Source: Candidatus Omnitrophota bacterium
GTDB lineage: Bacteria > Omnitrophota > Omnitrophia > Omnitrophales > Aquincolibacteriaceae
Length of the DNA: 64,000 bases
NCBI GenBank assembly: GCA_041666865.1
Contig: JBAYGD010000005.1
Span: 50,208 to 114,207 of the forward strand
Direction of reading: 5' to 3'
Every line of letters starts with the position of its first letter. Position 1 is the first letter of the stretch. The notes beneath the pieces are model-generated. The model was not told where the DNA came from, ran no database searches, and saw only the letters and a list, made by a program, of their open reading frames with translations. Made by a program: the position numbers and the translations under genes. This document shows positions 35,202 through 46,400 of the stretch, in pieces.

Positions 35202-36009
35202 GGCACTCTCCTCTTAATTTTTCCGCGACACACGCGACATCCCGCGTCGCCGCGACGTCATGGATCCGTAGTAGATGAATTCCCGCGCAAACGGCCGCCG
35301 CACTCACGGCCGCCGCCCCGTAACCGCGCTCCCGCGCGTCCCTGCCTGTCCATTCTCCGATGAAGGACTTCCGGGAATGCCCGAGGACGACGGGAAATCC
35401 CAGGTTTAAGAAGGCATCCAGATGTTTCAAAATTTCAAGGTTCTGCTCCGCAGTTTTGGAGAAACCAAGGCCGGGATCGACCGCCAGACAGTCCCGCTCG
35501 ATTCCGGCGACCAGCGCAAGCGCGACGCTCCCGGAGAGTTCAGCGGCAACCTCGGAAACCACATCGGCGTATTGCGCTAAGCCCTGCATCGAAACCGGGG
35601 TCCCCCGACGGTGCATGAGAATCAGCCCGGCACCGTAGTGCTTGACCGCTTCGGCCATTTCAGAACCTGAGTCGCGAAGGCCGCTAACGTCATTGATGAT
35701 ATCCGCGCCAAGCTCCAGACAGCGCCTAGCCACCGCCGGCTTGGTCGTATCGATCGAAACGGGCGCATCGGTCTTCTTCCGGATTTCCGACAGCACGGGA
35801 AGAATGCGCTCCAGCTCTTCCTTGCATGAAACCGGCGAGGCCCCCGGCCGGGTGGACTCAGCCCCGATGTCCAGAACGTCCGCGCCCTCGGCCAAAAGCC
35901 GCACGGCGTGAGCCACGGCCGCTTGAGGTTCCGAAAAACACCCCCCGTCCGAAAAAGAGTCCGGGGTCAAATTCAGGATGCCCATCAGCCTCGTTTTCGA
36001 AAAGTCCAT
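35185..36009 (-). CDS. folP: dihydropteroate synthase
   Basis: Pterin-binding motifs GILNLTPDSFSDGG...DIGAESTRPGA...D..SIDT. Start is probably the internal Met MDFSKTRLMGILN (36009). The listed ORF extends to 36036. Confidence 0.8.
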   Translation of the reverse strand: MDFSKTRLMGILNLTPDSFSDGGCFSEPQAAVAHAVRLLAEGADVLDIGAESTRPGASPVSCKEELERILPVLSEIRKKTDAPVSIDTTKPAVARRCLELGADIINDVSGLRDSGSEMAEAVKHYGAGLILMHRRGTPVSMQGLAQYADVVSEVAAELSGSVALALVAGIERDCLAVDPGLGFSKTAEQNLEILKHLDAFLNLGFPVVLGHSRKSFIGEWTGRDARERGYGAAAVSAAAVCAGIHLLRIHDVAATRDVACVAEKLRGECHVGTF

Positions 36010-36032
36010 CCGGCGGGAACGAAACCGCCAGA

Positions 36033-37964
36033 TCATACGGCAGGACCCGGCCCCGGAACGATCCCGGGCGCTTCCGGCTTTGCCGGCAGTAGGCCGATCA
36101 CGGTCTTGATCTCATCGGCATCCAGAACTTCTTTCTCAAGCAGCCGCTCGGAAAGCTTGCGCAGCTGCTCACCGTGCTCCTGGATAATTCGCCGCGCCCG
36201 GTCGTAGGATTCGTTGACGATTCGGCGGACCTCTTCGTCGATCATCACGGCAGTGTTCTCGGAGTAATCCTTCTCGTGGAAAAGGTCGCGGCCCAGAAAA
36301 ACCTGGCTCTCGCTCTTGCCGTAAGTCAGATGGCCGAGCTTCGGGCTCATGCCGAGTTCGCAGACCATCATCTGCGCGTATTGAGTCGCCTTGCGAAGAT
36401 CGTCCTGCGCCCCCGAAGTCACTTCGTTAAAATAGGCTTCCTCGGCCGCACGGCCTCCGAGGAGGACCTTGATCCGGTCGAGCAGTTCCCCTTCGGAAAT
36501 CAGATTTTTGTCTTCGCTCGGAAGCTGGAGCGTATAACCCCCGACGCCATAGCCGCGGGGAATGATGGAAATCTTGTGAACGGGATCGGATTTCGGCAGG
36601 TAGAGCGCCACGAGCGCGTGCCCCGACTCGTGGACCGCCTTGATTTCTTTTTCTTTGTTCGAAATGACCCGGCTTTTGCGCTCGGGCCCCACCATGACTC
36701 GCTCGATGGACTCCTCGAGCTCCCGCTGGCTGACCGCGTTCTTTTTTCGGCGCGCGGCCAGAAGAGCGGCTTCGTTGACCAGGTTCGCGAGATCGGCGCC
36801 CGAAAACCCAGGAGTCTGGCGCGCGATCTGGTTCAGATTGCAGTCCTTGTCCATTTTGACCTTGCGAACGTGAACCATTAAAATTTCTTCGCGTCCTTTG
36901 ATGTCCGGGCGGTCGATGACGACCTGACGGTCGAAGCGTCCCGGACGCAAGAGCGCCGGGTCAAGCACGTCGGGCCGGTTCGTCGCGCCGATCAGGATCA
37001 CGCCGGCATGGGTATCAAATCCGTCCATCTCCACCAAAAGAGCGTTCAACGTCTGCTCGCGCTCGTCGTGACCGCCTCCGATCCCGGCAAAGCGCTGGCG
37101 GCCGACAGCATCGATTTCGTCGACAAAGAGGATGGCACCGCGTCCGCCGGCTTTCGCAGCGCGCTTTCCTTGCTCAAACAAATCCCTCACCCGGGAGGCC
37201 CCGACCCCGACGAACATTTCGACGAAGTCCGACCCGCTGATCGAAAAAAACGGAACGTTGGCTTCTCCCGCAACAGCCTTGGCGAGAAGCGTTTTCCCCG
37301 TTCCCGGAGGCCCCATGAGAAGCACGCCTTTGGGGATTCGCCCTCCGAGTTTCTGGAACCGCGCAGGCTCCTTCAGGAATTCAATAATTTCCTGGAGCTC
37401 CTCTTTGGCCTCGTCGACGCCCGCGACGTCTTTAAACGTGATGACGTTTTCCTTGCCGAAGAGCTTGGCCCTGGATTTTCCGAAGGTGAAGATCTTGCCG
37501 CCCCCCTGCTGGACTCCGCGGTAGACGAAGAACCAGAAGAATGCGATCAGCAGGAGAACCGGCATGACGGAATAAAACATATTTCTCCAGAAGACCTGGG
37601 GAGGATTGACGGTAAAGGACGGAACGTTCTGACGTAAGGAAGGCACCAGCTCGGGATCGTTGTCCGGGATATTGACCTGAAAGTAAGTCCCGTCCTTGAG
37701 CTTGCCGTGGATCACGCCCTCGACAAGTTCGCAAGATACGATCTGCTGAGTTTGCGGATTGGAAACGACCCACTGATAAAACTCCGAGTACGGGACCCTT
37801 TTCATATCGAAGCCGGGAAAGATGAAAATCTGGAGGACAATAAAGAAAACGAGAGGAATGAGAAAGAGAGTCACCATCTTTCTGCGGTCGGCCTCGGGAT
37901 CTTTTTTCCCCGGCGATTTTCCTGCGCCGGGGGGCAAATTCTTCTTAAACTGATTTCCTGCCAT
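36033..37964 (-). CDS. ftsH: ATP-dependent zinc metalloprotease FtsH
   Basis: 643 aa. TM anchors, AAA+ module ([17 protein letters not shown]) and HExxH (HESGHALV). Confidence 0.92.
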   Translation of the reverse strand: MAGNQFKKNLPPGAGKSPGKKDPEADRRKMVTLFLIPLVFFIVLQIFIFPGFDMKRVPYSEFYQWVVSNPQTQQIVSCELVEGVIHGKLKDGTYFQVNIPDNDPELVPSLRQNVPSFTVNPPQVFWRNMFYSVMPVLLLIAFFWFFVYRGVQQGGGKIFTFGKSRAKLFGKENVITFKDVAGVDEAKEELQEIIEFLKEPARFQKLGGRIPKGVLLMGPPGTGKTLLAKAVAGEANVPFFSISGSDFVEMFVGVGASRVRDLFEQGKRAAKAGGRGAILFVDEIDAVGRQRFAGIGGGHDEREQTLNALLVEMDGFDTHAGVILIGATNRPDVLDPALLRPGRFDRQVVIDRPDIKGREEILMVHVRKVKMDKDCNLNQIARQTPGFSGADLANLVNEAALLAARRKKNAVSQRELEESIERVMVGPERKSRVISNKEKEIKAVHESGHALVALYLPKSDPVHKISIIPRGYGVGGYTLQLPSEDKNLISEGELLDRIKVLLGGRAAEEAYFNEVTSGAQDDLRKATQYAQMMVCELGMSPKLGHLTYGKSESQVFLGRDLFHEKDYSENTAVMIDEEVRRIVNESYDRARRIIQEHGEQLRKLSERLLEKEVLDADEIKTVIGLLPAKPEAPGIVPGPGPAV

Positions 37965-38054
37965 GAGTTACCTCAATCCGTTGTGCCCGGTGGTCCGGAC
38001 CGATCTTTTGTCTGGAAACTGTTGGGAGCGCGGTATTTTATCATTCTGCCCAGG

Positions 38055-39053
38055 TTATGGCAATTTTCTTTCCGCCAAAGTGACATCCCGGGGGGAAACG
38101 ATAAGATCAATGCTTTTGGGGAGGGAGTGGCGATCACGGGGCCGTAAGAGACGGGGGCGCAAAGTCATCCAAGCCGCGAAACTCAGGCCGCTGGCGGGGT
38201 TGATCCTCTTAAGTGCACGATCGATGACCCGGAACTGAAGCGGCGGCGAAAGTTCCGAAAAAATCTTTCGGCGAAGAGTGAGGCGCCCGCTGCGGAGCCC
38301 CCCGAAGGCGGCCTTCCAGGCTTCCTTCTCGAGCTGAATCATCATCCGGTTTTCATCCTCCAGGATGGCGGGGATGCGGGCCAGCGCGTGTGCGGCACGG
38401 GGATTGATTTCTTTTTCGATCCAGGGGAGGAGCTTTCGTCGGATCCGATTGCGCACCATGGCAAGCGAACGATTGCTTGAGTCCGTACGGAAACGAAGCC
38501 GGTTCCGGCGAAGCCAATCAAGGATCTCGGCTTTGCCGAAATCCAGAAGCGGCCTGACGAACGACCGGCCGCCCGCAGAAAGTGAACGCCGGATGCCGGC
38601 CAGCCCGCGCAAGCCCGTCCCCTGCAAAATGCGCATGAGGACGGTTTCTGCTTGATCGTCCCGGGTATGGGCCAGCGCGATTTTTCGAACGCGGTGTTTT
38701 CGGGCCGCCCGAATAAAAAAATCATACCGCATCTTGCGTGCGGCTTCTTCGAGCGACAGGTTTTGGCTGCGGCGCAGCCGCGCGACCTTCCCCCGCCCGC
38801 AATAGCACGGAATGCCGGAGCGCTTCGCAAGATCGCGGACAAAGCATTCGTCCCGGTCCGCAGCCGGTCCCCTCAATCCATGATTGAAATGGAGGAGCCC
38901 CAGTTTAAGGCGCCAGGAGACGGCAATTCGGCAGAAAAGAGACAAAAGAGCGACGGAATCCGGGCCTCCGGAACAAGCAACCCAAATCTGCTCGCCGGGG
39001 GACACAAGCTTGCCGCTCTTCAGGTTTTCTTCGAATGCTTTGAGGAGGTCCAT
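38055..39053 (-). CDS. tilS: tRNA(Ile)-lysidine synthetase
   Basis: 332 aa. PP-loop ...VACSGGPDSVALL... Confidence 0.85.
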   Translation of the reverse strand: MDLLKAFEENLKSGKLVSPGEQIWVACSGGPDSVALLSLFCRIAVSWRLKLGLLHFNHGLRGPAADRDECFVRDLAKRSGIPCYCGRGKVARLRRSQNLSLEEAARKMRYDFFIRAARKHRVRKIALAHTRDDQAETVLMRILQGTGLRGLAGIRRSLSAGGRSFVRPLLDFGKAEILDWLRRNRLRFRTDSSNRSLAMVRNRIRRKLLPWIEKEINPRAAHALARIPAILEDENRMMIQLEKEAWKAAFGGLRSGRLTLRRKIFSELSPPLQFRVIDRALKRINPASGLSFAAWMTLRPRLLRPRDRHSLPKSIDLIVSPRDVTLAERKLP

Positions 39054-39144
39054 AAGGTTGAGGGCTCGTGTCTCTTGCGCTGCACCTATCCGGTTGGGAT
39101 AGGTGCGTATCCATCACTCGCCTGCGGGCTCGTGTATGGAGACG

Positions 39145-39217
39145 TGGCGGGGAGGAGAATCGAACTCCTGACACGAGGCTTATGAGTCCTCTGCTCTACC
39201 AACTGAGCTACCCCGCC
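39145..39217 (-). tRNA. tRNA-Met (anticodon CAT), elongator-like (G1:C72). A tRNA-Ile2(LAU) identity cannot be excluded from sequence alone.
   Basis: GGCGGGGTAGCTCAGTTGGTAGAGCAGAGGACTCATAAGCCTCGTGTCAGGAGTTCGATTCTCCTCCCCGCCA is 73 nt. Lies 92 nt upstream of tilS on the same strand. Confidence 0.8.
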
Positions 39218-39269
39218 ATGAATGGGTATAATATCGTCATCTTCGGCCGGATGTCAAATCGCAGTCATC

Positions 39270-42200
39270 CTAAGCAAAGGTTCGCGTTCCGTCCTTCTGG
39301 TGCCGGTAACGAAAATTCGTGGTTTCCCCGAGAGCTCCCGCCCATGAAGTCGACTGGACCAGTGCGTAAGTGCCGTCCGCAAGTTTGATCGCATAAGTAT
39401 TGCCTTCGAGGGCCCCCACGGACGTCGTGTAACCGCTAAGAGGGACTTCCGTCACGGTGTCGATGCCCACTCCCCCCATATCCACGATACCGTTCGAGGC
39501 ATTGACCTGCAGCTCATTCCCATTAAAATTTCGTCTGAAATCATACACGGGGCCGAGAACGCCTGCCCCCAAGGGATTAACCCGTTTTGCCGTGAAATCG
39601 TATTCCTGAATCCATCCGTCGGCAGCGGCCATCATATCGGTCTGAACCAAGCTGAAAGTCCCGGTTTCGATCTGGGATGACGAAGCACCCCCGGAATCTT
39701 GCGTCTCGCCCGCTCCGGGCTGCACGGGAATGCGCTCCACCTCCGCCACGCGAATCTCCTCAACGACCGTTTGACTCAAACCGCTGGATTCAGCGATTTG
39801 CGGCGAGAGGGTGGCGTAAATCAGGTTGCCGCGCAGGTTCTGGATCTTCATCTCGCCGTCCTCGAGCACGAAGATCATCGTGGTCCGGCCGGTCGTTTTC
39901 TGGTCCTGGCCGGTCTGGCGCGGAGTTTGGGTCTTGTCCCACTTCGTGTCCGCGATGTAGGTATTTCCGCGGACCTCGATCCGGTTGACGAAGATCATGA
40001 GCCGGATGTTCATAAACATGTCGAAATCGTAGCGTACCCCTTCCGCTAGAAAAACCCGGTCTCCGATAAAATCCCGGGCAATCAAGCGCTCGAATTTCCC
40101 AAGGTCCTGGGTCTCGTAGGCTTCTGCAAGCTTTTTCGTCGTCGCCACGACAAGATCTTCATATTTGATCGGTTGATGAATGATTCCGAAGAGATTGGGA
40201 AAGAACGGAAGCATCGCTTCCTGGCCGTCGTTCGTCCTGATCCTGAGGACCAGTTGGTAGAGCTTGTCAGGGACCGGATAGAACCGGTAAGAGATGTTCG
40301 CATTGAGCGGGATCTCGTTCCAGGTACGCCCGTCGTCCTCGGAAACCAGCAGCTTCTCGATCCTGTCCGTGCTCGACAGCCTGGCCGTAATCTCGACCGC
40401 CCCAGCGACAAGATCAGAGTTGGTGATCACCACTTCTCCGGAAGCACTGTCAAGGCGGCGCGTATTCAGCCGCACATCCGTCAGCTGGTAAAATCCCGAC
40501 ATGACAGGATCCATGTCCACCGCGCCCACACCGCCGCCTGTCGCCCCTCCCTGGCCGGATCCGGACAAGCCGCCCGTGACTCCCCCTCCGCCTCCGGCGC
40601 CTCCGAGCGAACTTCCGCCGGGGGGACCGGCCTGCATGATTTTTTTGCAGTTCTCGATCATGCCGTCCACTTCGGTCTCGATCATTTTCATGCCCTCGAT
40701 GTCTTGGAGGGCATCGGGGACCAGAATTTCGGTGTTCTTTCGCATGGACACCGTTTCCCTTTGATAGGCTTCGAGTTTTTGCAAAAGCGGCGTGGAGGGA
40801 AGGGCATATTGAACTTCACGTTTGAAATTTTCAAACCTTTCCTGCATCACCTTGAGATTGTTCTTGGTCGCCACACGGGACGTTTTGAATTTGGCGATTT
40901 CCGTTGCAAGCTGCTTTTCGAATTCGGCAAGGCGCACCGGGATCTTCACGTACTCGTCGAAAAGTCTGCTCGTCGTGGGATCTGCGGTGCCAAAAAACGA
41001 TTTTCCCAGGGCCGCGTAGGTCCCATGGATCTTTTGGGCCGCCTCGATCTGATCCTTTCGGGCCTCCCAAGCTTTTTTCATTTCGGCAATATACGCGGCG
41101 GCGTCAGATTCCTCGGGTTTGACCGAAGCGCTCCATTTGCCGTCCTTCATGTGGGCAGTGCGTTCGATATCCACTCTGCGCAGGTCCTCCGCCTCGTATT
41201 TCCTGAGCTCCGGAGCGTCGAGCAGCCGCCAAAACCGGGCCGCCAAAGCCGCCGGCCCTTCCAACTCCTCGAGTTTTGTGATCTCCTCGGAAATCCACCG
41301 GAGCCCCGCCTGGTAGCCGGTCGCCACATCCACTTCATCTTTCAATCGCTCCCATGGCCGGTCGCCGATATAAACCGTGACGACAGGCGCACCCTCGTCG
41401 CGAAGGGCCTGAAGCGGCTCCAGAGGTCCCGCCACCATCCACGTCACATGCATCATCGCCGTCCACGACTCCGGATCCCCATAACCGCCTCCGTAGTATT
41501 CACGGTAATCTTTTTGAACGATGCTTTCGAATTCGTTTTTGAGAGCGTCGTAAGCATCTCTGAGTTTTTTGGCGTTCGCGCGGTGCTCGGACTGAATGCC
41601 AGCGGCCACGGGGGCATCCTTTTCGATGTCCCGTTTGTACATCCGAAGAGGTTCGCCGACCTTGAGCACCTCCTCGGGAATCCTCCGGTCTCCCATGTAA
41701 GGCGCCTCATATTTAACCTGGGATTCCGGCCCGCTGTAGACCGCCGGATATTTGAGAAGGGTCTGAACCTTGTCGCCCAGAGCCTCTTCGCCGTCGGTGT
41801 AAGCTTTGTAGGCCTTCTCCCACGTTTCCCTCATTTTTTCACAATCGGCCTTGAGGTCGTCGACCATTTTCTTGTTCCGCTGAAAAGCCTCGAGCGTGAC
41901 CAAGGCTTCCCTGGCCGCAAGGGCCTCCAGATCCTTCCCCCTTTTTGCAGGCCATTCCATGTAAAGAGCGCTCGTGATACGGTTCTGCGCGCCGGGATCC
42001 ATATCGGGCTTCAGCTGGGCCGCCAGATCCGAAAACTGCTTGTCGTTTTCCGCGATGACCTTTTTCCTGCTCTCGACATAATAATTCCACAACTCCTGCG
42101 CCTTCTTGTAATCGTAACCGGAACTGTAATTATCCGTGATTTCCGAATACGCCGCCTCGAGATCGCTGAGAATCGTTCCGGCGGCAATCGGCGTATACGC

Positions 42201-43361
42201 AATCGACGTCTTGACGGCATTCATTTCCGACTCAACCTCGGAAATGCCGGATTCGAGGTCCTTCTTTTGGTTCCCGTAGAGGTTGGTCTTGTAGTCCTCG
42301 ATCATCTTGAGGTAGGGATCGGCCTGCGCAAAAACACTTTCCAAGGCCGAGCGGGCCTCCTTGTTGGCGGCATCGCTTTTTTGCTCCAGCTCGCGAATTT
42401 TTTCCGCAAACTCTCGTTCGATCGCCTCCATTTTTCTCTTCTCTTCCAGAACATTCGCTTTCATTTTTTCGAGAGTGGCAAGGATGGCCGCTTTCATTTC
42501 GTCCCCCGCCTCCTCGTGGGTCTCGGAGTTCCCGTCATATCGGGCATACAAGCGGGTATTCGAGCCGATATAATCATTCCATTCATTCTCGACATGAGCC
42601 TTGAGGTCGGTCGTTTGGATCCACTCGGCAAAGGCCTTGGGATTCGATTCCGGCGGAAAAGGAAGGACATCCCGGACATTGCCCTCGAGCGCCGAGGTAA
42701 AAGCTTCGCTCATGATGTAAGCGCCAAGGGCCTCCACAATGCCCTGCGCGACACGGTAAAGCTTCCAGCCCGGAACGAGATATTCGAGAACCTCATCCGC
42801 CGCGGCCTTGCCGAAAGCCTCAAACCCCTTTCTCAGGTCGCCCGTTTTGCGCCATTCCGTCAGTCCTTTGACGGCCACCTTCGCCGACGTAATTCCCGTC
42901 TTCAGGGCATTGAGGCGCGTGTCGATCTTGCTCACGAGCTCCGCGTTTGCGGCACTCCAGGCGGCGCTTGTGGTCATCTTCTCGACCAAAACCTGGTGCA
43001 TCATCGCAGGGACCTTCTCCTTGAACATCGCTTCGCGCATCTTGGCGGCGGCGACGTTCGCCATCTCTTTTTTCAGGCGGTCCCAGGCCAACTCCCCGCT
43101 CTTGGCCACAATCCGCTCGGTCCCCTTCGTGAGAAGATACTGGACCTTCTCCTCGTCTGTTTTGAGCGATTGGTATTCCGTCACGTCCTTGAGAAAATCC
43201 CGAACCCCTTCAAGCAAGGCTTTGGAGGCGCGTTTCGACGCCCCGCTGTCGGCAGATGCTTTGGCGGCAAAAAGCGCCGGATTCGAGCCGGAAGTCATGA
43301 CCAACGAAACAGCAAGTCCTGCACAAAACAACGCCTTCAGTGCTTTGGGTATCATAAACAT
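39270..43361 (-). CDS. giant secreted helical/coiled-coil protein, paralog A (1363 aa), unknown family
   Basis: Signal peptide (MFMIPKALKALFCAGLAVSLVMTSGSNPALFA). About 900 aa rich in A/E/K with a predicted helical body. Gly-rich linker (GGSSLGGAGGGGGVTGGLSGSGQGGATGGGVG). C-terminal conserved module shared with B and C. The second ATG (43355) has better SD spacing. Confidence 0.8.
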   Translation of the reverse strand: MFMIPKALKALFCAGLAVSLVMTSGSNPALFAAKASADSGASKRASKALLEGVRDFLKDVTEYQSLKTDEEKVQYLLTKGTERIVAKSGELAWDRLKKEMANVAAAKMREAMFKEKVPAMMHQVLVEKMTTSAAWSAANAELVSKIDTRLNALKTGITSAKVAVKGLTEWRKTGDLRKGFEAFGKAAADEVLEYLVPGWKLYRVAQGIVEALGAYIMSEAFTSALEGNVRDVLPFPPESNPKAFAEWIQTTDLKAHVENEWNDYIGSNTRLYARYDGNSETHEEAGDEMKAAILATLEKMKANVLEEKRKMEAIEREFAEKIRELEQKSDAANKEARSALESVFAQADPYLKMIEDYKTNLYGNQKKDLESGISEVESEMNAVKTSIAYTPIAAGTILSDLEAAYSEITDNYSSGYDYKKAQELWNYYVESRKKVIAENDKQFSDLAAQLKPDMDPGAQNRITSALYMEWPAKRGKDLEALAAREALVTLEAFQRNKKMVDDLKADCEKMRETWEKAYKAYTDGEEALGDKVQTLLKYPAVYSGPESQVKYEAPYMGDRRIPEEVLKVGEPLRMYKRDIEKDAPVAAGIQSEHRANAKKLRDAYDALKNEFESIVQKDYREYYGGGYGDPESWTAMMHVTWMVAGPLEPLQALRDEGAPVVTVYIGDRPWERLKDEVDVATGYQAGLRWISEEITKLEELEGPAALAARFWRLLDAPELRKYEAEDLRRVDIERTAHMKDGKWSASVKPEESDAAAYIAEMKKAWEARKDQIEAAQKIHGTYAALGKSFFGTADPTTSRLFDEYVKIPVRLAEFEKQLATEIAKFKTSRVATKNNLKVMQERFENFKREVQYALPSTPLLQKLEAYQRETVSMRKNTEILVPDALQDIEGMKMIETEVDGMIENCKKIMQAGPPGGSSLGGAGGGGGVTGGLSGSGQGGATGGGVGAVDMDPVMSGFYQLTDVRLNTRRLDSASGEVVITNSDLVAGAVEITARLSSTDRIEKLLVSEDDGRTWNEIPLNANISYRFYPVPDKLYQLVLRIRTNDGQEAMLPFFPNLFGIIHQPIKYEDLVVATTKKLAEAYETQDLGKFERLIARDFIGDRVFLAEGVRYDFDMFMNIRLMIFVNRIEVRGNTYIADTKWDKTQTPRQTGQDQKTTGRTTMIFVLEDGEMKIQNLRGNLIYATLSPQIAESSGLSQTVVEEIRVAEVERIPVQPGAGETQDSGGASSSQIETGTFSLVQTDMMAAADGWIQEYDFTAKRVNPLGAGVLGPVYDFRRNFNGNELQVNASNGIVDMGGVGIDTVTEVPLSGYTTSVGALEGNTYAIKLADGTYALVQSTSWAGALGETTNFRYRHQKDGTRTFA

Positions 43362-43468
43362 TCTCTCCGTATTTTCTTACGTCCACCGCTGTCGCAACAG
43401 GATGATTCGATTACGAGGACTAAAAAACCATGTAATATAGCATAACGAACCTCGTCTGCGCGAGGGGG

Positions 43469-46400
43469 TTACGTAAAACTCCGTGTTCCGTTCTTCTGGT
43501 GCCGGTAATGGAACGTCGTCGTATACGGCATCGGGACATCCCCCCAGGCCGTCGACTGAACGAGCGCGAACGTCCCATCCGCAAGCCTGATCGCGTAGGT
43601 ATTCCCCGCCGTCGCGCTGATCGAGGTGGCGTATCCGGACTCAGGAACCTCTTTCACGCCGTTGATATCGACCGCTCCCATATCGAGGACTCCGTTGCTC
43701 GCGTTGACCTCCATCCATCCTTCCCGCCGCCGGAAATCATAGACCGGACCAAAATTGTCGATCGCGGCCACCTGTTTCGAGCTAAAACGATATTCCTGGA
43801 TCCAACCCGCCGCCGGATGGCCCGTGGTTTGGACGAGACTGAACGTGCCCGTCTCGATGTTCGTGGCGCCGCTTGCGAGCCCGCCGGAATCTTCCGTCGT
43901 GCCGGCTCCGGGTTGTACCGGCTCTCTTTGCTCTTGGGCGATGCGGATCTCATCGACCGCCGTCTGGCTCAGACCGCTGGATTCCGCAATCTGCGGCGAG
44001 AGAGTGGCGTAAATTAGGTTGCCGCGAAGATTCTGGATCTTCATCTCGCCGTCCTCGAAGACAAAGATCATGGCCGTTCTTCCGCTCGTTTTCTGCTCTT
44101 GCCCGGTTTTCCGCGGCGTCTGGGTCTTATCCCACTTCGTCTCTGCGACAAAAGTATTTCCGCGCATCTCGATCCGGTTGATGTAGAGCGCCAGACGGAT
44201 AGACATGAACATATCGAAATCAAAACGCACGCCTTCGGACAAGAAGACCCGGTTTCCGAGAAAATCGCGCGAAACGAGACGTTCAAAACGCGCAAGATCC
44301 TGCGTCTCGTACGCCTCGGCGATTTTGGTGACGGTCTCCATCAAAAGCTTTTCGTAATTGATCGAGCGGTAGAGGATCCCGTTGATATTCGGAAAAAAGG
44401 GAATGCTCGCCTCCCCGCCGGCCGCATTCTTGATCTTCAAAACCGGCTGATAGAGCCGTTCCGGTGCCGGTACAAAACGGTAAAGGATATCGGAATTCAC
44501 CGGAATTTCATTCCACGATCCGCCGTTGCCCTCGGAAACAAGGAGGGTCCGCACTCCGTCGATCGTGTCGAGGCGTGCGGTCACCTCGAAGGCACCGCTT
44601 CGAAGGTCGGCAGGGGTCGCGATCACGTCCCCGGAGGCGTTCTGGAGGCTTCGAGTATTGAGCCGCGTGTCGAGGAGGCGGTAGTCTTTCATCTCGGCTT
44701 TACGGGTTTCTTCTTCTTTCTTCTTTCTCTCCGCTTCATCCTCTTCGCGTCGCCGGCGCTCCTCTTCGTCCCTTCGCATCTGGTCGTCGAATTTTTTCTT
44801 GTCCTCTTCGGACTGCTTGACAGCCTCGTTAATCGCCTTTTCGACATCCTCTTTCAGTTTGCCCCACCCCGCATTCACCGCCTTGAGGTGATCCGTACCG
44901 CCGTGCGTCAGCCAAACCCCGGTCAACTGGGCGCCGTTCTTGGCATTGGCCAAAACAGGCTTCAGCCGGTCGGGCCTGTAAGCGGCAATCGTCTCCTTGA
45001 CGATCCTGTCGAATTCCTGACGGGCCTCCGTCAGATATTTTTCCGAAAGGGCCGTCCGGTCCTCATAACTCTTTTTCCCGCGCTCCAGGGCCGCTTCATA
45101 AATGCGGATTCTTTCGGGCACCGAATCCCACGCATCCAAAAGGCGGTACGTGTGGTCGTAGAAATCAAACTTGTATTTGACGGCTCTTCCGATCTTTTTT
45201 CTGAGCTTGTCGAGCCGGTCCACCAGCTCCTTGTTGGCCTCCCAGGCCGCTTTGAGCTCGGCAAGATACTTGGCCCCCTCGGAGTTTTCCGGCACGACGA
45301 ACATATGCGCGCTGTCGTTGTATTGATAAGGAGTCGCTTCGTCAGCCTTCCTTTTTTCATCGTCCACCGTCCGGTCTGGGAGCATCATCATGATGCGTGT
45401 CTCCGTGACACGAGTCATGACCGAAAGAAATATTTTGGCCAGTTCGTCCGGATAGGACAGGTTCTCCGCCTCCGTAATCTTCGGCTGCAGAGCCCTCAAG
45501 GCCTTGTCGGCCTCATAGGGATTTTTCGCGAGGAAGGTCCGGTAATCGGCCGCCGGCATATAGCCCCACACGCGGTAGATCACGACCCCGCCGGACTCAT
45601 ACCAGACCTCCGAAAGAAGCTCGGACCCCCAAGGCGCGTAAAAACGGTTCATGAAGCAAAAAGCCTCCACCGCATCATTGGTGGGACCTTCCTGGAGGAT
45701 GAGGGCCTTGGGGATCACCGACCGGTAGACCTTGAGGACCTCCATGGCAGTCGCATAAAATTTCTCGAAGTTCTCTTTCTCTTTGGCGTGAAGCGGCCCC
45801 GCCGCCGCAACGTCCGCCGTGATCGCATCCTTTTGCCGGAGCAGTCCTTCCCTCGCCTTGACCACATCGCCGACCCACTCGTATTCGCCGCTCAAAGCAT
45901 TCACCATACTCTCCAAGAAATCCGGGCTACGCCACGCCCCCGCATAATTCAGGGCCCCCACGGCCGCTTCCAATTCATTGCGCGACTGGGCATACCCTTC
46001 TACAGCGCTGTTCAGTTTCTCGGCCGCTTCGCCGAGCTTCGTCACAATTTCCTGCCGTTTTTTTGCGGCCCGTTCCGCGGCCCCGGCGTATGCCACCTGC
46101 TCCTTGGCCGCAAGGACTTCGATGTCCTTGGCCTGCTCCGAGTGGAGAATCCAAGCATTCACGACATTAAAGTGCGGCGTAGCGGCATTGCTCCAAGCAT
46201 TCGAAATCGCATTGTATTGCGCCGCAAGCGCGTTGCGATGGGCTTCGTCTCTTGCAGCGTTCATCTGATCGCCGATCGAACGCAGCTGGGGCAAATACTG
46301 GGCCGACAGCTGTTCCAGGACCTTGGAAGACGCCTCAATTTTATTTGCGATATCCTCGCTCGACTTCTGAATCGCTTTGGTTCGGACTTCCTGATAATGT

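Noticed and set aside
40173-43445. 1090-aa plus-strand ORF inside giant gene A. Similar large opposite-strand ORFs occur inside gene B (44099..46873 +, 924 aa) and gene C (48599..50089 -, 496 aa).
   Set aside because: Antisense shadows typical of high-GC coding regions. Composition is R/G/H/P-rich with no motifs. The opposite-strand giant ORFs have signal peptides and are mutually homologous.
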